A stretch of DNA of 64,000 nt from Spirochaetia bacterium (GCA_965199955.1 CBDATQ010000001.1:1664001-1728000), one strand, 5' to 3'; counted from the first letter of the stretch, positions 49,814-60,123 are shown. Notes: generated by a model not told the origin, from the sequence alone. Translations and numbers: made by a program.

Positions 49814-50951
49814 CGGCTTCCTCCTTGGCTGTCGTCATAAAGCGAGGCGATGCTGACCGGCTGGCCGTCGCGCGCGGCGGAGCGGTAGGCAGCGTCGAGC
49901 AGCTCCACCGAGCGCCGGCCCCAAGTGCCGGGCGAGCGGTTGCGGTCGCGGCCCAGGATCACGTCGACCAGGTTGGCCGACGGCAGGTGGGCGGGGTAGG
50001 AGGCGCCGGCGCCGGGGCAGTCGGAGCCGGGCTGGCCGGCGTAGGTGGACGGATCGCAGGCCAGCGCCTCGACCCTGCCTGTTCCAGAGGGGCCGTCGGC
50101 GTGGTAGATCCTCCCCGTGCCGTCGATGTAGTCCAGGTCGATCCACCCCTCGGTGCCGTAGAGCTGCAGGTCCAGCTTGCCTTCCGCGTGGGTGACGCCG
50201 CCGGTCGAGCCGACGGTGGCCAGGCAGCCGTCCTCCATGCGCACGGCGATCGCGTCGGCCACGTCCACGGCGACGTCCAGGTGGTTCATCATCGCCGTCA
50301 CCTGCGCTGCGCGGGAGCCGGTGAGGAAGAACATCAGCGCCGCCGAGTGGTGATCTGCAGGTGGCCTTGGCCGCCCCCGGAGCGCTCCGGGTCCGAGTAC
50401 ACGTCGCCGGGGCCGACCACGGGGTAGGCGGCGGCCATCTCGGGGTCGCCGGCGCGGTCGTCGCCGCGGTACAGGTAGAGCGGCTCCGAGCTGAAGGTGT
50501 TGGACACGTAGTGGATGAGGCCGAGGGTGCCCTCGGCCACCACGTCGCGGGCGCGCAGGCTCATGTCGATGAACTGCCAGGGGTAGCTCATGATGATCTG
50601 GCGGTCGCGGCGCTCGGCCAGCCGGATCAGCTCGCGGGCGTGGGCCGCCCGCAGCACCATCGGCTTCTCCAGCAGCAGGTGCAGGCCGCGCTCCAGCACG
50701 GCGCGCGCCACCTCGTAGTGGGCGGCGTGCCAGACCGCGACCACCACGCCGTCCAGCTCGTGCCGGTCGAGCAGCTCGCGGTAGTCGGTGTAGGTGGTGC
50801 CGATGCCGTAGTGGCCCGCCGCCTTGCTCAGCACCTCGGGCCGCAGGTCGGCGATCCCCACCAAGTCGGCGTCCGGGTTGCCGACCAGCGCCGGCAGATG
50901 GGCAGCGGTCGACCACCAGCCGGTGCCGATCACCCCGATTCGCGCCTTCAC
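49810..50951 (-). CDS. Gfo/Idh/MocA oxidoreductase, 1-nt frameshift near 50348
   Basis: IGVIGTGWW, LLEKPM, GGGQGHLQIT|HSAALMFF, ELLDAAYRSA; start GTG 50951. Confidence 0.85.
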
Positions 50952-51132
50952 AGCCCGTGATGGTACCGTATTCATGCGCCGTGCTACACCATCGATCACA
51001 ACTTGGACGTTACCGAGCCGCCGCAGGCAGTCTTGCAACAGCGGACGAACCCGGTTATCAATGCGTCCCAGTTTTCTGGGCGGGCCATGAGGACGCTCGA
51101 TCGTTAGCTCCGGTGGCATAGAGGCAACGCAT

Positions 51133-52047
51133 TTGGTGCGTGAGGGAGGTCGAAAGGCACGGGGGCCACTGTACGCGCGCCAGCGTCTCATGTTGGCACT
51201 GCTTGATGCGCTTGGTGGCTCTGTCCATCGGACGGACTTTCAGAAACTGCTGTTCCTCTACTGTCAGGAGACAGACGCGACTCCGCTGTATGATTTTGTG
51301 CCATACCGATTCGGTGCATTCTCATTTACGTCGTATGCGGATCGACGAAAGCTCCAGGAACGCGGCCTGCTCGCCGACGATACCGACTGGCGCCTCACAG
51401 AGAAGGGGCGTTGCATAGCCCGGCCAGAGCGCGATGTTTCGGTCGATGACTTTGTAGCGCGGCACCCCTTGCGTGGCGACGCACTCGTCGCAGAGTCGTA
51501 CCGAAGATTTCCCTACTATGCAACTCGCAGCGAAATTGTAGACCGGGTGCTAGGCAGCGATGATCCGGCGCGTCACCACATTGCTGTGGCTCAGTCATTA
51601 GGTCGGTCCGGTGGACTCTGTACGATCGGTTACCAGGGACGATCGCTGGAGGACTATCTTGACACACTGCTTCGCGAAGGCGTAACGCGGCTTTGCGATG
51701 TCCGTCGAAATCCCGTGAGCCGTAAGTACGGGTTCTCGCTGCGTGCCCTTGCTGCTAGTTGCGACGGTGTAGGTGTCTCCTATGAACACCTCCCGGATCT
51801 AGGCATCCCTGCCACACAACGGCGCGGGCTCGATTCCGAGGACGACTATAGCGCGTTATTCGCGGATTACCGACGTCGATGTCTTCCGTCTCAAACGGCC
51901 GACCTGAATATAATCGCGGATTGGTTAAGGGCGGGTTCGCGCGTCGCTCTCACGTGCTATGAGCGCCTTCCCGAACAGTGCCATCGACACTGCGTGGCGG
52001 ATGCTGTCGGGAAGCTCTTGGGAGAGCTTGTTGTGACCCATCTGTGA
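51133..52047 (+). CDS. DUF488-domain protein with N-terminal Panacea/SocA-like winged helix
   Basis: QKLLFLY..YDFVPYRFGAFS, then TIGYQG..DVRRNPVSRKYGFS..LTCYE..CHR; visibly lower GC than the flanks. Confidence 0.8.
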   Translation: MVREGGRKARGPLYARQRLMLALLDALGGSVHRTDFQKLLFLYCQETDATPLYDFVPYRFGAFSFTSYADRRKLQERGLLADDTDWRLTEKGRCIARPERDVSVDDFVARHPLRGDALVAESYRRFPYYATRSEIVDRVLGSDDPARHHIAVAQSLGRSGGLCTIGYQGRSLEDYLDTLLREGVTRLCDVRRNPVSRKYGFSLRALAASCDGVGVSYEHLPDLGIPATQRRGLDSEDDYSALFADYRRRCLPSQTADLNIIADWLRAGSRVALTCYERLPEQCHRHCVADAVGKLLGELVVTHL

Positions 52048-52052
52048 ATGCC

Positions 52053-52118
52053 ATGGCGGACAGCCGCATTCTTGTGACGGTGAAGACTTATCCTGCCCTG
52101 CTGGACCTGTTCGGATAG
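52053..52118 (+). pseudogene. Mini-remnant of the DUF488 partner gene
   Basis: MADSRILVTVKTYPAL|LDLFG* looks like the first and last residues of a longer protein. Confidence 0.55.
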
Positions 52119-52212
52119 ATCGGGTAAGCGCCTTAGATGGAAGTTCATGCCAGAGAAGCTGGAGACACCAGCGCAGTTTCCGCTCTCCATAGTCAGGGAG
52201 CGCACGGCGCAG

Positions 52213-53166
52213 ATGCCTGACGTGATCAGTCTGGGCGAGGCGTTGTTCGATCTGTTCGCCGGCCCGGCGGGGACCACCTTGGGCGAGGCGCGGACCTTCA
52301 CGCCGGCGCCGGGCGGGGCGCCGGCCAACGTCGCCGTCGGCGTGGCGCGGCTCGGGATCGACACCGGCTTCGTGGGCCGGGTGGGCGACGATTCGTTCGG
52401 CGACCGGCTGGTGGACCTGCTGCGCGAGGAGGGGGTCGACACCACCCACTGCCTGCCGGTCGTGGGCGGCCAGACGACGATCGCCCTGGTGGCGGCCTCC
52501 AGCCCGGTGGATCAGGACTTCGTACTGTTCCGCGGAGCGGACATGCTGCTACGCCCGGAGCACCTGGACCGCGCCTATCTGGCCGGCGCGCGGGTGTTCA
52601 CCTACGGGTCGGTGACGCTGAGCGCCGGCGCGCGGGCCGCGGCCCTGCAGGCCGCGCGCTGGGCGCGGGAGGACGGCGTGCTGGTGGCATTCGACGCCAA
52701 CTACCGGCCGGGCGTGTGGCCGGGAGAAGCGGCCGCCCGCAGCGCCATCGTGGAGGCGTTGCAGGGCGCGGACATCGCCAAGCTCAACGAGGTGGAGTTG
52801 AAGCTGCTGGCCGGGACCGACGATCCGCGAGTTGGTTGCCGGCGCATCCTCGACCTGGGAGTGCGGCTGTGCCTGATGACGCTGGGTGCCGACGGCGCCT
52901 GGTTCGACGACGGCCGCGTGTCGGGCAGCGTTTCCGGCTTCGACGCCGAAGTGGTCGATACCACGGGGTGCGGCGACGCGTTCCTGGCGGCGTTCCTTGC
53001 CGGCTTGGTGGCCGAGCCGCACACGCTCGACGAGCTTGACCGAAGAGCGCTCCTCCGGCTGGTGGAGGCAGCCAACGCGGCGGGCGCGCTCAACGCCGGG
53101 CGCCGCGGCGCGATCCCGGGCCTCCCCACCCGCGCCGAGATCGACGCGTTGCTGGCCGGCAACTAG
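52213..53166 (+). CDS. PfkB-family carbohydrate kinase (fructokinase-like)
   Basis: GGAPANVAVG, VGDDSFG, VVDTTGCGDAFLAAF. Confidence 0.93.
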   Translation: MPDVISLGEALFDLFAGPAGTTLGEARTFTPAPGGAPANVAVGVARLGIDTGFVGRVGDDSFGDRLVDLLREEGVDTTHCLPVVGGQTTIALVAASSPVDQDFVLFRGADMLLRPEHLDRAYLAGARVFTYGSVTLSAGARAAALQAARWAREDGVLVAFDANYRPGVWPGEAAARSAIVEALQGADIAKLNEVELKLLAGTDDPRVGCRRILDLGVRLCLMTLGADGAWFDDGRVSGSVSGFDAEVVDTTGCGDAFLAAFLAGLVAEPHTLDELDRRALLRLVEAANAAGALNAGRRGAIPGLPTRAEIDALLAGN

Positions 53167-54653
53167 ATCGGGCCGATGCGCGGCTCGCCGTGATCGACCG
53201 CGAACACGGTGGCGTCGAAGCTGCGCAGCAGCAGCTCGGTCTTCAGCGCCTGCCGGTCGGGGGCGTCCCAGAGGTTGTCGTGCTCGTCGGGGTCGGCCTC
53301 CATGTCGAACAGCTCGCCCCGGTCGTGTCCGTGGTAGACGACCAGCTTGTAGCGGTCGTTGCGGTACATGGTCGCGTGCGTGTTGTCCGGCATGTCCACG
53401 GCGTCGTAGTACTCGCTGCGCACGAAGTCGCGGTGATGGCCGCTCGGCGCCGCGCCGGTCAGGAGCGGCAGCAGTGAGTGGCCCTGCATCCAGTGCGGCG
53501 GCTCCTGCCCCGCGGACTCCAGCAGCGTGGGCGCAAGGTCGGTGAGCTCGACCAGCGCCTGCGAGCGCAGCCCGGCCTGCAGGCGCCCCGGCCACGACAG
53601 GATCAGCGGCACGCGCACGGCGCTGTCGTAGAAGCGGCAGCCCTTCTGGATCAGGCCGTGGTCGCCGAGCGCCTCGCCGTGGTCGCTCATGAAGATCACC
53701 AGCGTGTCGTCGATCTGGCCGGCCTCCTCGACCGCATCCAGCATGCGCCGGACCTGGTCGTCGATCTGCTCGATCATCGCGTAGTAGGCGGCTTTCAGCG
53801 TCCACGCATCGCGCGCCTCCAGGAACGCGGGGGCGTCGCTCGGCGGTGCCGGGTCATGCCACACGCCGCCGGGGCCCGGCGTGCGCGGCAGCACGGGACT
53901 GGCCATGTCCAGCTCCGCGGGCGGCCGGGCGCGCGACTGGAAGTCGACCGCGGCCAGCCGCTCCTGCTGCGCCAGATCGCTCTCCCGGTACGCCGGACCG
54001 GGCAGCGCCTGCGGATCGTAGCGGCGGCGGTAGGAAAGCGGCGGATTGAACGGGGGGTGCGGGTCGTAGATGTTGACGCTGGCAAGCCACGGCCCGTCGC
54101 GCTGCTCCCCGATGAAGTTGATGGTCTCGTTCGCGCACCACGTGGTCTGGTGCAGCTCGGCCGGCACGCCGTTCGGGTCCTTGATCAGCTCGGCAAGGGT
54201 GGTGCCGTGGCCCTTCACCCAGTCGGCGTAGTCGTGGCCCTCCGGCCAGTCGTCGCGCGGTGCGTGGCTGTAGCGCCAGCGGCGGTAGCCGTCGTCCACC
54301 CGCGGCTCCACCTGGCCGTAGGCGCTGGCCAGGTGCAGCTTGCCGACCAGCGCGCAGTCGTAGCCGGCGTCGGCCAGCAGACGGGTCACCAGCGGGAAGC
54401 GATCGGAGAACCGCGGCACGCCGTTGCGGCTGGCGTGCGCGGTGCTGGGGTAGGTGCCGGTGAGGAAGCTGGATCGTGACGGCGTGCACATCGGGCTCTG
54501 CGCGTAGGCGCGGGCGAAGGCGACGCCGCCTGCAACGAGCCGGTCCAGATTCGGCGTGCGCACGTGCGGGTTGCCGAGCGCGCCGATTGTGTCCGGGCGC
54601 TGCGAGTCCGTGCAGATCCACAGGATATTGGGCCGGGTGCCGGTGCGTGCCAT
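53163..54653 (-). CDS. Cys-type sulfatase
   Basis: PNILWICTD, CTPSRSSFLTG, GKLH, SDHGE, ELFD..DPDE..NL. Confidence 0.95.
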   Translation of the reverse strand: MARTGTRPNILWICTDSQRPDTIGALGNPHVRTPNLDRLVAGGVAFARAYAQSPMCTPSRSSFLTGTYPSTAHASRNGVPRFSDRFPLVTRLLADAGYDCALVGKLHLASAYGQVEPRVDDGYRRWRYSHAPRDDWPEGHDYADWVKGHGTTLAELIKDPNGVPAELHQTTWCANETINFIGEQRDGPWLASVNIYDPHPPFNPPLSYRRRYDPQALPGPAYRESDLAQQERLAAVDFQSRARPPAELDMASPVLPRTPGPGGVWHDPAPPSDAPAFLEARDAWTLKAAYYAMIEQIDDQVRRMLDAVEEAGQIDDTLVIFMSDHGEALGDHGLIQKGCRFYDSAVRVPLILSWPGRLQAGLRSQALVELTDLAPTLLESAGQEPPHWMQGHSLLPLLTGAAPSGHHRDFVRSEYYDAVDMPDNTHATMYRNDRYKLVVYHGHDRGELFDMEADPDEHDNLWDAPDRQALKTELLLRSFDATVFAVDHGEPRIGPI

Positions 54654-54763
54654 GCCGCACCGTAGCCGCGAATCGCTTTGCAGGGGAACGGGTTCCGGGA
54701 GTAAGCACATCGGATTACCCACGGAGCGGTGCTTCGATGGGACTTACGGAGGCTGCGTACGCC

Positions 54764-55140
54764 ATGAAACCGACACGTTTTCGCTTCGTCACGCTCATCG
54801 GACTGCTCGCCTTTGCCCCGTTGCTGGCGGGCGCGGCCGGCCAGACCTCGGCCGGAGCCGCCGGTGATGCCCCGATGGAGGTCTCGTTCCTGATGGAGAT
54901 CCGTTCGGGCGAGGAGTCGACCTGGTTCCTGGACCAGGTGGAGGAGAGGTTCAACGACCGCATCGTCCCCAACGGCGTCTACCACGGCGACAAGGAGAAG
55001 GTGAGCCTGCTGCTCGCCACCGGCGAATGCCCGGACCTGTTCTGCCCCGGCGATCCCTACGACACCCTGGCGCAGGGCCTCACCCGCACGATCCCGGTGG
55101 AGATGATCCACGAGCACGCACCGCAATACACCAAGCTGCT
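54764..55140 (+). pseudogene. N-terminal fragment of a sugar ABC solute-binding protein fused in frame to a transposase tail
   Basis: Signal peptide, EKVSLLLATGECPDL, EHAPQYTKL. Confidence 0.7.
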
Positions 55141-55740
55141 GGACGGGCTGTACATCGTGCGCAGCAACGTGGAGCCGCAGGTGCTCGACGCGGCGCAGAC
55201 GGTGCGCGCCTACAAGGGGCTGTCGAAGGTGGAGCGGGCGTTTCGGTGCATGAAGTCCGTGGACCTGAAGGTGCGCCCGATTCACCACCGGCGCGCCGAT
55301 CGGGTGCGGGCGCACGTGCTGCTGTGCATGCTGGCCTACTACGTGGAGTGGCACATGCGGCGCTCGTTGGCGCCGTTGCTGTTCGACGATCACGATCGAC
55401 AGGGCGCCGAGCGCAAGCGGGTCTCCGAGGTGGCTCCGGCGCAGCGATCGGCGGCCGCGGCGGCCAAGGCGTCGAGCAAGCGCACCGAGGACGGGTTGCC
55501 GGTGCACAGCTTTCGGACGCTGATCACTGAACTGGGCACGCTGACGGCGAACACGATGCAGGTTGCAGAGGGCGGCAGCACGTTCACGCTGCACACGCAC
55601 CCGACGCCGGTTCAGCAGCGCTGTTTCGAGCTGCTTGGGCTCACGCCCCGCATGTAGCCATGCACAGGAACCTGCACCATTGAGAAACTACCCTGACCAC
55701 AAGGATTTCAGGCAATTTCGCTCCTGGAACTTCGGGTTAG
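55137..55740 (+). mobile_element. IS1634-family remnant (transposase C-terminus plus probable right end)
   Basis: LDGLYIVRS..YKGLSKVERAFR..VRPIHH..VRAHVLLCMLAY, stop at 55657; probable end AACTTCGGGTTAG at 55728-55740. Confidence 0.85.
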
Positions 55741-55823
55741 TTTTGCGGACTCGGAGGCGTGCGTCAGCGGCGAGGGTTGCGGGGGACAACGGCTGGACGA
55801 CAGGGGGATGGTGGGACCGACTT

Positions 55824-55905
55824 TTCGGTCGGCCTTTCGTGGCAAACCTCCCCGTCAGTCCGCTACCACATTGGCTTTCGTGTTGCCCGGACGCTCACGC
55901 CGTGA
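55824..55905 (+). pseudogene. Degenerate 3' end of an FGE-sulfatase/C-type-lectin-fold gene
   Basis: RSAFRG (one frame) then RYHIGFRVARTLTP* (adjacent frame). Confidence 0.5.
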
Positions 55906-56000
55906 GTCGTTGGCCTTGGTCTGAGACTGGAGATGGGCCAAGCCAGGGTATCCTCGCTGTCCGGGACCGTGAGACCGCAGATGACGGATTGCGTCTGCGG

Positions 56001-57122
56001 TCAGACCCGGTCGGCGTGCGGCAGGTATGCCGGCAGCGGGAACCACGAGACTGGCAGCGGCGGCCGCAAGGGTCCGAACAGCGCCCGCATCGCCGCGATC
56101 TCGTCCATCGTGAAGTCCGCCGGGTCGTCCGTGGGCACCACGGCGGCGCTGGAGCCGTCGACGCTGAGGCGCCACGGATTCGCCTCGCCGATCTGCAGGG
56201 CCAGGCTGCCGGGCTCGGCACCGCGTGAGCGGACGCGTTCGCGGAGCAGGGCGGTCAGTACCGCCGGCCAGTCGAACACTTGCCAGCTATCGGCGGAGCG
56301 CACGGTCGTGGCCTCCGCGATCGCGTCGAGATCTCGTACCAGCGCGGTCTGTGCCGGCGACACCCAGACCGTCACCGAGGCGATGTCCCGGTGGGCGCAC
56401 CACGCGGCGGCGACCCGCATCGCGGCCGGCACGTCGGCGGCCAGCAACTCGGTGACCTGCGATCCGTCGCCGCCGGCGATCAGGTAGCCGGCCAGCCCAC
56501 CGCCGGCGACCGCGGCGTACGGCCGCTTGTTCCAGCTCGAGCAGATCGTGACGAACTCCGCGGCCGGCCGCTCGCCGCGCATGGGCTGCCCGGCATGCAG
56601 GCGGTGCGCGTCGGCGAGCAACGGGTCGTCGTCGGTCAGGTGCCGGAACTCGATCCCCGTGCCGTCGACGCCGGCTGCCTGTAGATCGTCCCGCTCCAGC
56701 GTGAACCGCAGCTCGGTCCCGCACTGTTCGTAGCCGAAGTGTCGGTAGCGAGGCCTGCGGCCGCTGAGCCACGACAGGGGATAGCCGGCGGCGCGGATCT
56801 CCTCCACGCAGTGGCGCATCAGCGTGCTCATCAGGCCTCCGCCGCGATGCCGCGGATGGGTCGAGACGCCGCCGATGCAGGCCACGCGCAGCGCGGCGTC
56901 GCCCACGTGCCAAGTCAGCGGGAAGACGCCGACCGCCGCCGCCAGCCGGCCGTCGCGGCGGATCGCGTAGTTGCAGCGCATGAGCTCGTCGGTGGGCCGG
57001 TAGATCTTCGGCAGCAGTGAGGGGAAGTCGTGCGGGCCGTGCGAGAAGGAGAAGGCGTAGTTGAGTAGATCCATCGCCTCCCCGAAATCGGCTGCCGTGA
57101 GCTGGACGATCCGTTCGCTCAC
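56001..57122 (-). CDS. GNAT acetyltransferase, Eis-like
   Basis: IGGVSTHPRHRGGGLMSTLM, YRHFGYE; GAGGAGG RBS. Confidence 0.88.
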   Translation of the reverse strand: MSERIVQLTAADFGEAMDLLNYAFSFSHGPHDFPSLLPKIYRPTDELMRCNYAIRRDGRLAAAVGVFPLTWHVGDAALRVACIGGVSTHPRHRGGGLMSTLMRHCVEEIRAAGYPLSWLSGRRPRYRHFGYEQCGTELRFTLERDDLQAAGVDGTGIEFRHLTDDDPLLADAHRLHAGQPMRGERPAAEFVTICSSWNKRPYAAVAGGGLAGYLIAGGDGSQVTELLAADVPAAMRVAAAWCAHRDIASVTVWVSPAQTALVRDLDAIAEATTVRSADSWQVFDWPAVLTALLRERVRSRGAEPGSLALQIGEANPWRLSVDGSSAAVVPTDDPADFTMDEIAAMRALFGPLRPPLPVSWFPLPAYLPHADRV

Positions 57123-57238
57123 CGCGTCCTCCTCGTACCCGTCTGCATGTTCGAACTCCCTCCGTAGCGCTTACAGGGCGGACGCTGTCGCGCCCTGCGT
57201 GCGATACTCGCGCAGACTCACGAGGAGAATCCACAGAC

Positions 57239-57616
57239 ATGCGATGAGTCTTCATTCTCTGCGCCGTCGCGCTCCTGGTAGCGGCCGTCGGCGCCTCCGC
57301 GCAGACCCTGCTGATCTGGGCGGACGAGAACCGGGCCAACGCCCTGCAGGAAGTCGTGCCGGCTTTCACCGAGGCGACCGGCGTCGAGATCGAGGTCGTC
57401 GGCTTCGGCGAAATCAGGACCCAGGCCGGGGTCGCCGGACCCGCCGGAGAGGGGCCGGACCTGTTCGTCGGCGCGCACGACTGGACCGGCGAGCTGGCGG
57501 TCAACGGCTTGGTCGAGCCGATCGACCTGGGGGCGCGCACCGGCGAGTTCTTCGAGGTGGCGCTCACCGCGTTCAGCTTCGAGGGCAAGCTCTATGCCGT
57601 GCCCTACGTGACCGAG
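57239..57616 (+). pseudogene. malE: Maltose/maltodextrin-binding protein fragment
   Basis: GAGGAG RBS, ATG CGA TGA (stop at codon 3), LLIWAD, GEGPDLFVGAHDWTGEL, GKLYAVPY, then truncated. Confidence 0.8.
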
Positions 57617-58820
57617 ATGATCGCCGGCCCATGAACACCAGGCCCGGCGCCAGCCACGGCAGGGCGACGGCGCCGGGCCGCAGGTAGGCGTAGTTGATCA
57701 GCAGCGCCGCGGCTGTTCGTGCTGTGGCCGGTGCTGTACACCGCCTACGTCGGGCTCACCAACTGGAGCACCGGGCACATCCTCAGCAAGGAGCAGGCGA
57801 TCGAGCGCCTGGAGAGCATCGCCGTCGAGTCGGCGGGTGATCCCGTGACCCTGGACCTGGCGGTGTGCCGCGATGCGGAGGGCGGGTTGGCCTTCCACGT
57901 GACCGGCAGCGACGACGAAGCCTGGTTCGGGGTCCCCCGTCCGCGCGGAGCGGAAGCGGGCGAGGCCGGGCTGCTGGAGCCGGCGGAGCTGGGCGTGACC
58001 GACGAGGACGGCGACGGGCTGCCGGAGTCGATCGGCGCCTGGACGCGCCTGCAGGGGCTGCAGGTGATCGGCGTGGCCGGCGCCATGGAGAACCTGGTGC
58101 TGGATCTCCCCGGCGGCCAGGCGGAGGTGCTCACCACCTCCAGCGTGCGTCTGGTGGCGTCTGGCCAGCGCTACCGCTACGACCCCGCCACCGACACCCT
58201 GCTCGACACGCAGACGCAATCCACCTGCAGCACCGTGGTGGGCGCGTTCGCCTGTCCCGACGGGCGGCAGCTCGATCCGGGTTGGCGGGAGGTCGTGGGC
58301 TTCACCAACGTCGTGCGCGTCATCGCCGACGGCCGCTTCCGCGGCCCGTTCGTGCGGGTGTTCACCTGGAACATCGTCTTCGCAGTGGCCTCGGTGGCGC
58401 TCACATTCGCCGTCGGCCTGACTCTGGCCAACGCCCTGCAGGACACGCGCCTGCGCGGCCGGCCGCTCTACCGCTCGATCTTCATCGTCCCCTATGCGGT
58501 GCCGGGGGTCATCTCCGCGATCGTCTGGCGCGGGCTGCAACGACCAGTTCGGGCAGGTCAACCGGGTGATCGAGCTGTTCGGACTGGCCGGCGTCCCGTG
58601 GCTGCAGGACCGGAGGTGGGGGCGAAGTTGGCGGTGCTGCTGGTCAACACCTGGCTCGGGTTCCCGTACATGTTCCTGATCACCTCGGGCGCGCTGCAGT
58701 CGATTCCGGACGAGCTGAAGGAGGCGGCGTGGGTCGAGGGGGCCTCCGCGGCACGCGTGTTCGCCACCGTGACGCTGCCGCTGCTGATGGTGGCCACGGC
58801 GCCGATGCTGATCGGATCGT
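57617..58820 (+). pseudogene. malF: Maltose permease MalF fragment (internal inversion, compensating frameshifts, truncated)
   Basis: FVLWPVLYT..TNW, VGFTN, VFTWNIVFA, YRSIFIVPYAVP, VNTWLGFPYM, EAA.VEGAS. Confidence 0.85.
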
Positions 58821-59019
58821 CTACTCGGAGTACATCCTGGCCTGCACCCTGCTGCGGAGCACCGACAACATGACTCTGGCGCTGGGGTTGCAGCTCTTCG
58901 TAAGCAGCGACTACTCGGCGCGCTGGGGCAACCTGTCCGCGGCCGCGATCGTGCTGACCTTCCTGTTCGCGCAGCGGCAGATCATCGGCGGCCTGACCCG
59001 CGGCGCGGTCAAGGGTTGA
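58820..59019 (+). pseudogene. malG: C-terminal fragment of maltose permease MalG
   Basis: YSEYILA..TLALGL..WGNLSAAA..QRQIIGGLTRGAVKG*. Confidence 0.8.
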
Positions 59020-59053
59020 CCGCGAGGCAACGGTTTCGTAGGAGAAGATCAGG

Positions 59054-59263
59054 ATGGATGCCAATGTCTTCCTCGGCGCGCTGATGGTGGTGTACGGAAT
59101 CGTCACGCTGATCCTGCGCAGGGTTGCGCCGGACCGGTTCTGGAAACTGGAGACCATGAAGAAGAAATGGGGCGAGAAAGCGGCCCTGAGGATTCATGTC
59201 ATCGGCTACACGGTGTTGCCGCTGGTAGCCGGCACGGTGCTCATCATTCGCGGCCTGGCGTAG
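59054..59263 (+). CDS. Small two-TM membrane protein
   Basis: 69 aa, TM-KLETMKKKWGEKA-TM. Confidence 0.7.
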   Translation: MDANVFLGALMVVYGIVTLILRRVAPDRFWKLETMKKKWGEKAALRIHVIGYTVLPLVAGTVLIIRGLA

Positions 59264-59272
59264 CGGGGATCG

Positions 59273-60123
59273 ATGAGCCGCCGCCACGACGACGATCGCG
59301 GCATCACGGCCTGCCCGGGGACGTGTCGCCCTGGGACGTGCGCTTCGACGCCGGGGACCGGGCGTTTCTGGACGCGGAGGGTGATGGGCGGTTCCGCCTG
59401 CGCGTGTGGACGGAGTCGGCGCTGGGGTCCGCCCGACTGGTGGTGCGGACGGCCCGGCAGGTGGACTCGTATCCGATGACGGCGGTTGCGGCGAGCGAGC
59501 GCTTCACGTTCTGGGAGATGGTCGCCGGGCCGTTCGCATCCCGCTCGTTGTACTCGTTCGCGTTCCGAGCGGACGGCGGCCGGGGCCAGGGCGTTTACCT
59601 GTCGCCTGCCGGCATCACCGTCGCCATCGAGCGGCTTCTTCGCCTTCGCCGACCTGGTGCGGAACGGCCGCCGCTCGGAGTTCCGCGACTGGTTCGTGAT
59701 CGAAGGGTGGCCGCCGCGCATCCTCTATCGCCCGCACGTGAAGGCGCACCGCAGCCTCAAGGAGTGGTTGCCGGTGTGGCAGGAGGAGACCGGCCTGCCG
59801 GTCGAGGAGGTTGCCGACGCCGGCCCCGCGGTGGAGCCCACCTACGAGGCGTGGTACGGGGTGCCGACCATGCCGCGCGTGAACCTGGCCTATCCGCCGG
59901 CGCGCTCCTACATGCTGCAGGCGCTCACCTGCTGGGTGCGCGACTACGGCGTCGACGGCTGGCGGCTGGACGTGGCGCGCTACGTCGATCCCGACGTGTG
60001 GCGCGACCTGCGCCGCGTGCTGCGGGAGGTTCGGCCCGGGCCCGTCTGCTCTGGGGCGGCGGGACGGTCGCCGACGGGCGCCTGCGCGTGGCGGGCCGGG
60101 ACGCCGCCATCGTGCGCGCGTGA
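59273..60123 (+). pseudogene. GH13 neopullulanase/cyclomaltodextrinase-like remnant
   Basis: N-domain fragment, then [24 protein letters not shown] (region II); conserved regions I, III and IV absent. Confidence 0.75.

Noticed and set aside
55740..56000. Complete diversity-generating retroelement
   Set aside because: No reverse transcriptase, Avd or template repeat in the window; only a possible target tail
57239..57250. Selenocysteine or TGA recoding in malE
   Set aside because: The position is in the signal peptide, the gene is truncated anyway, and TGA is the normal stop throughout the window
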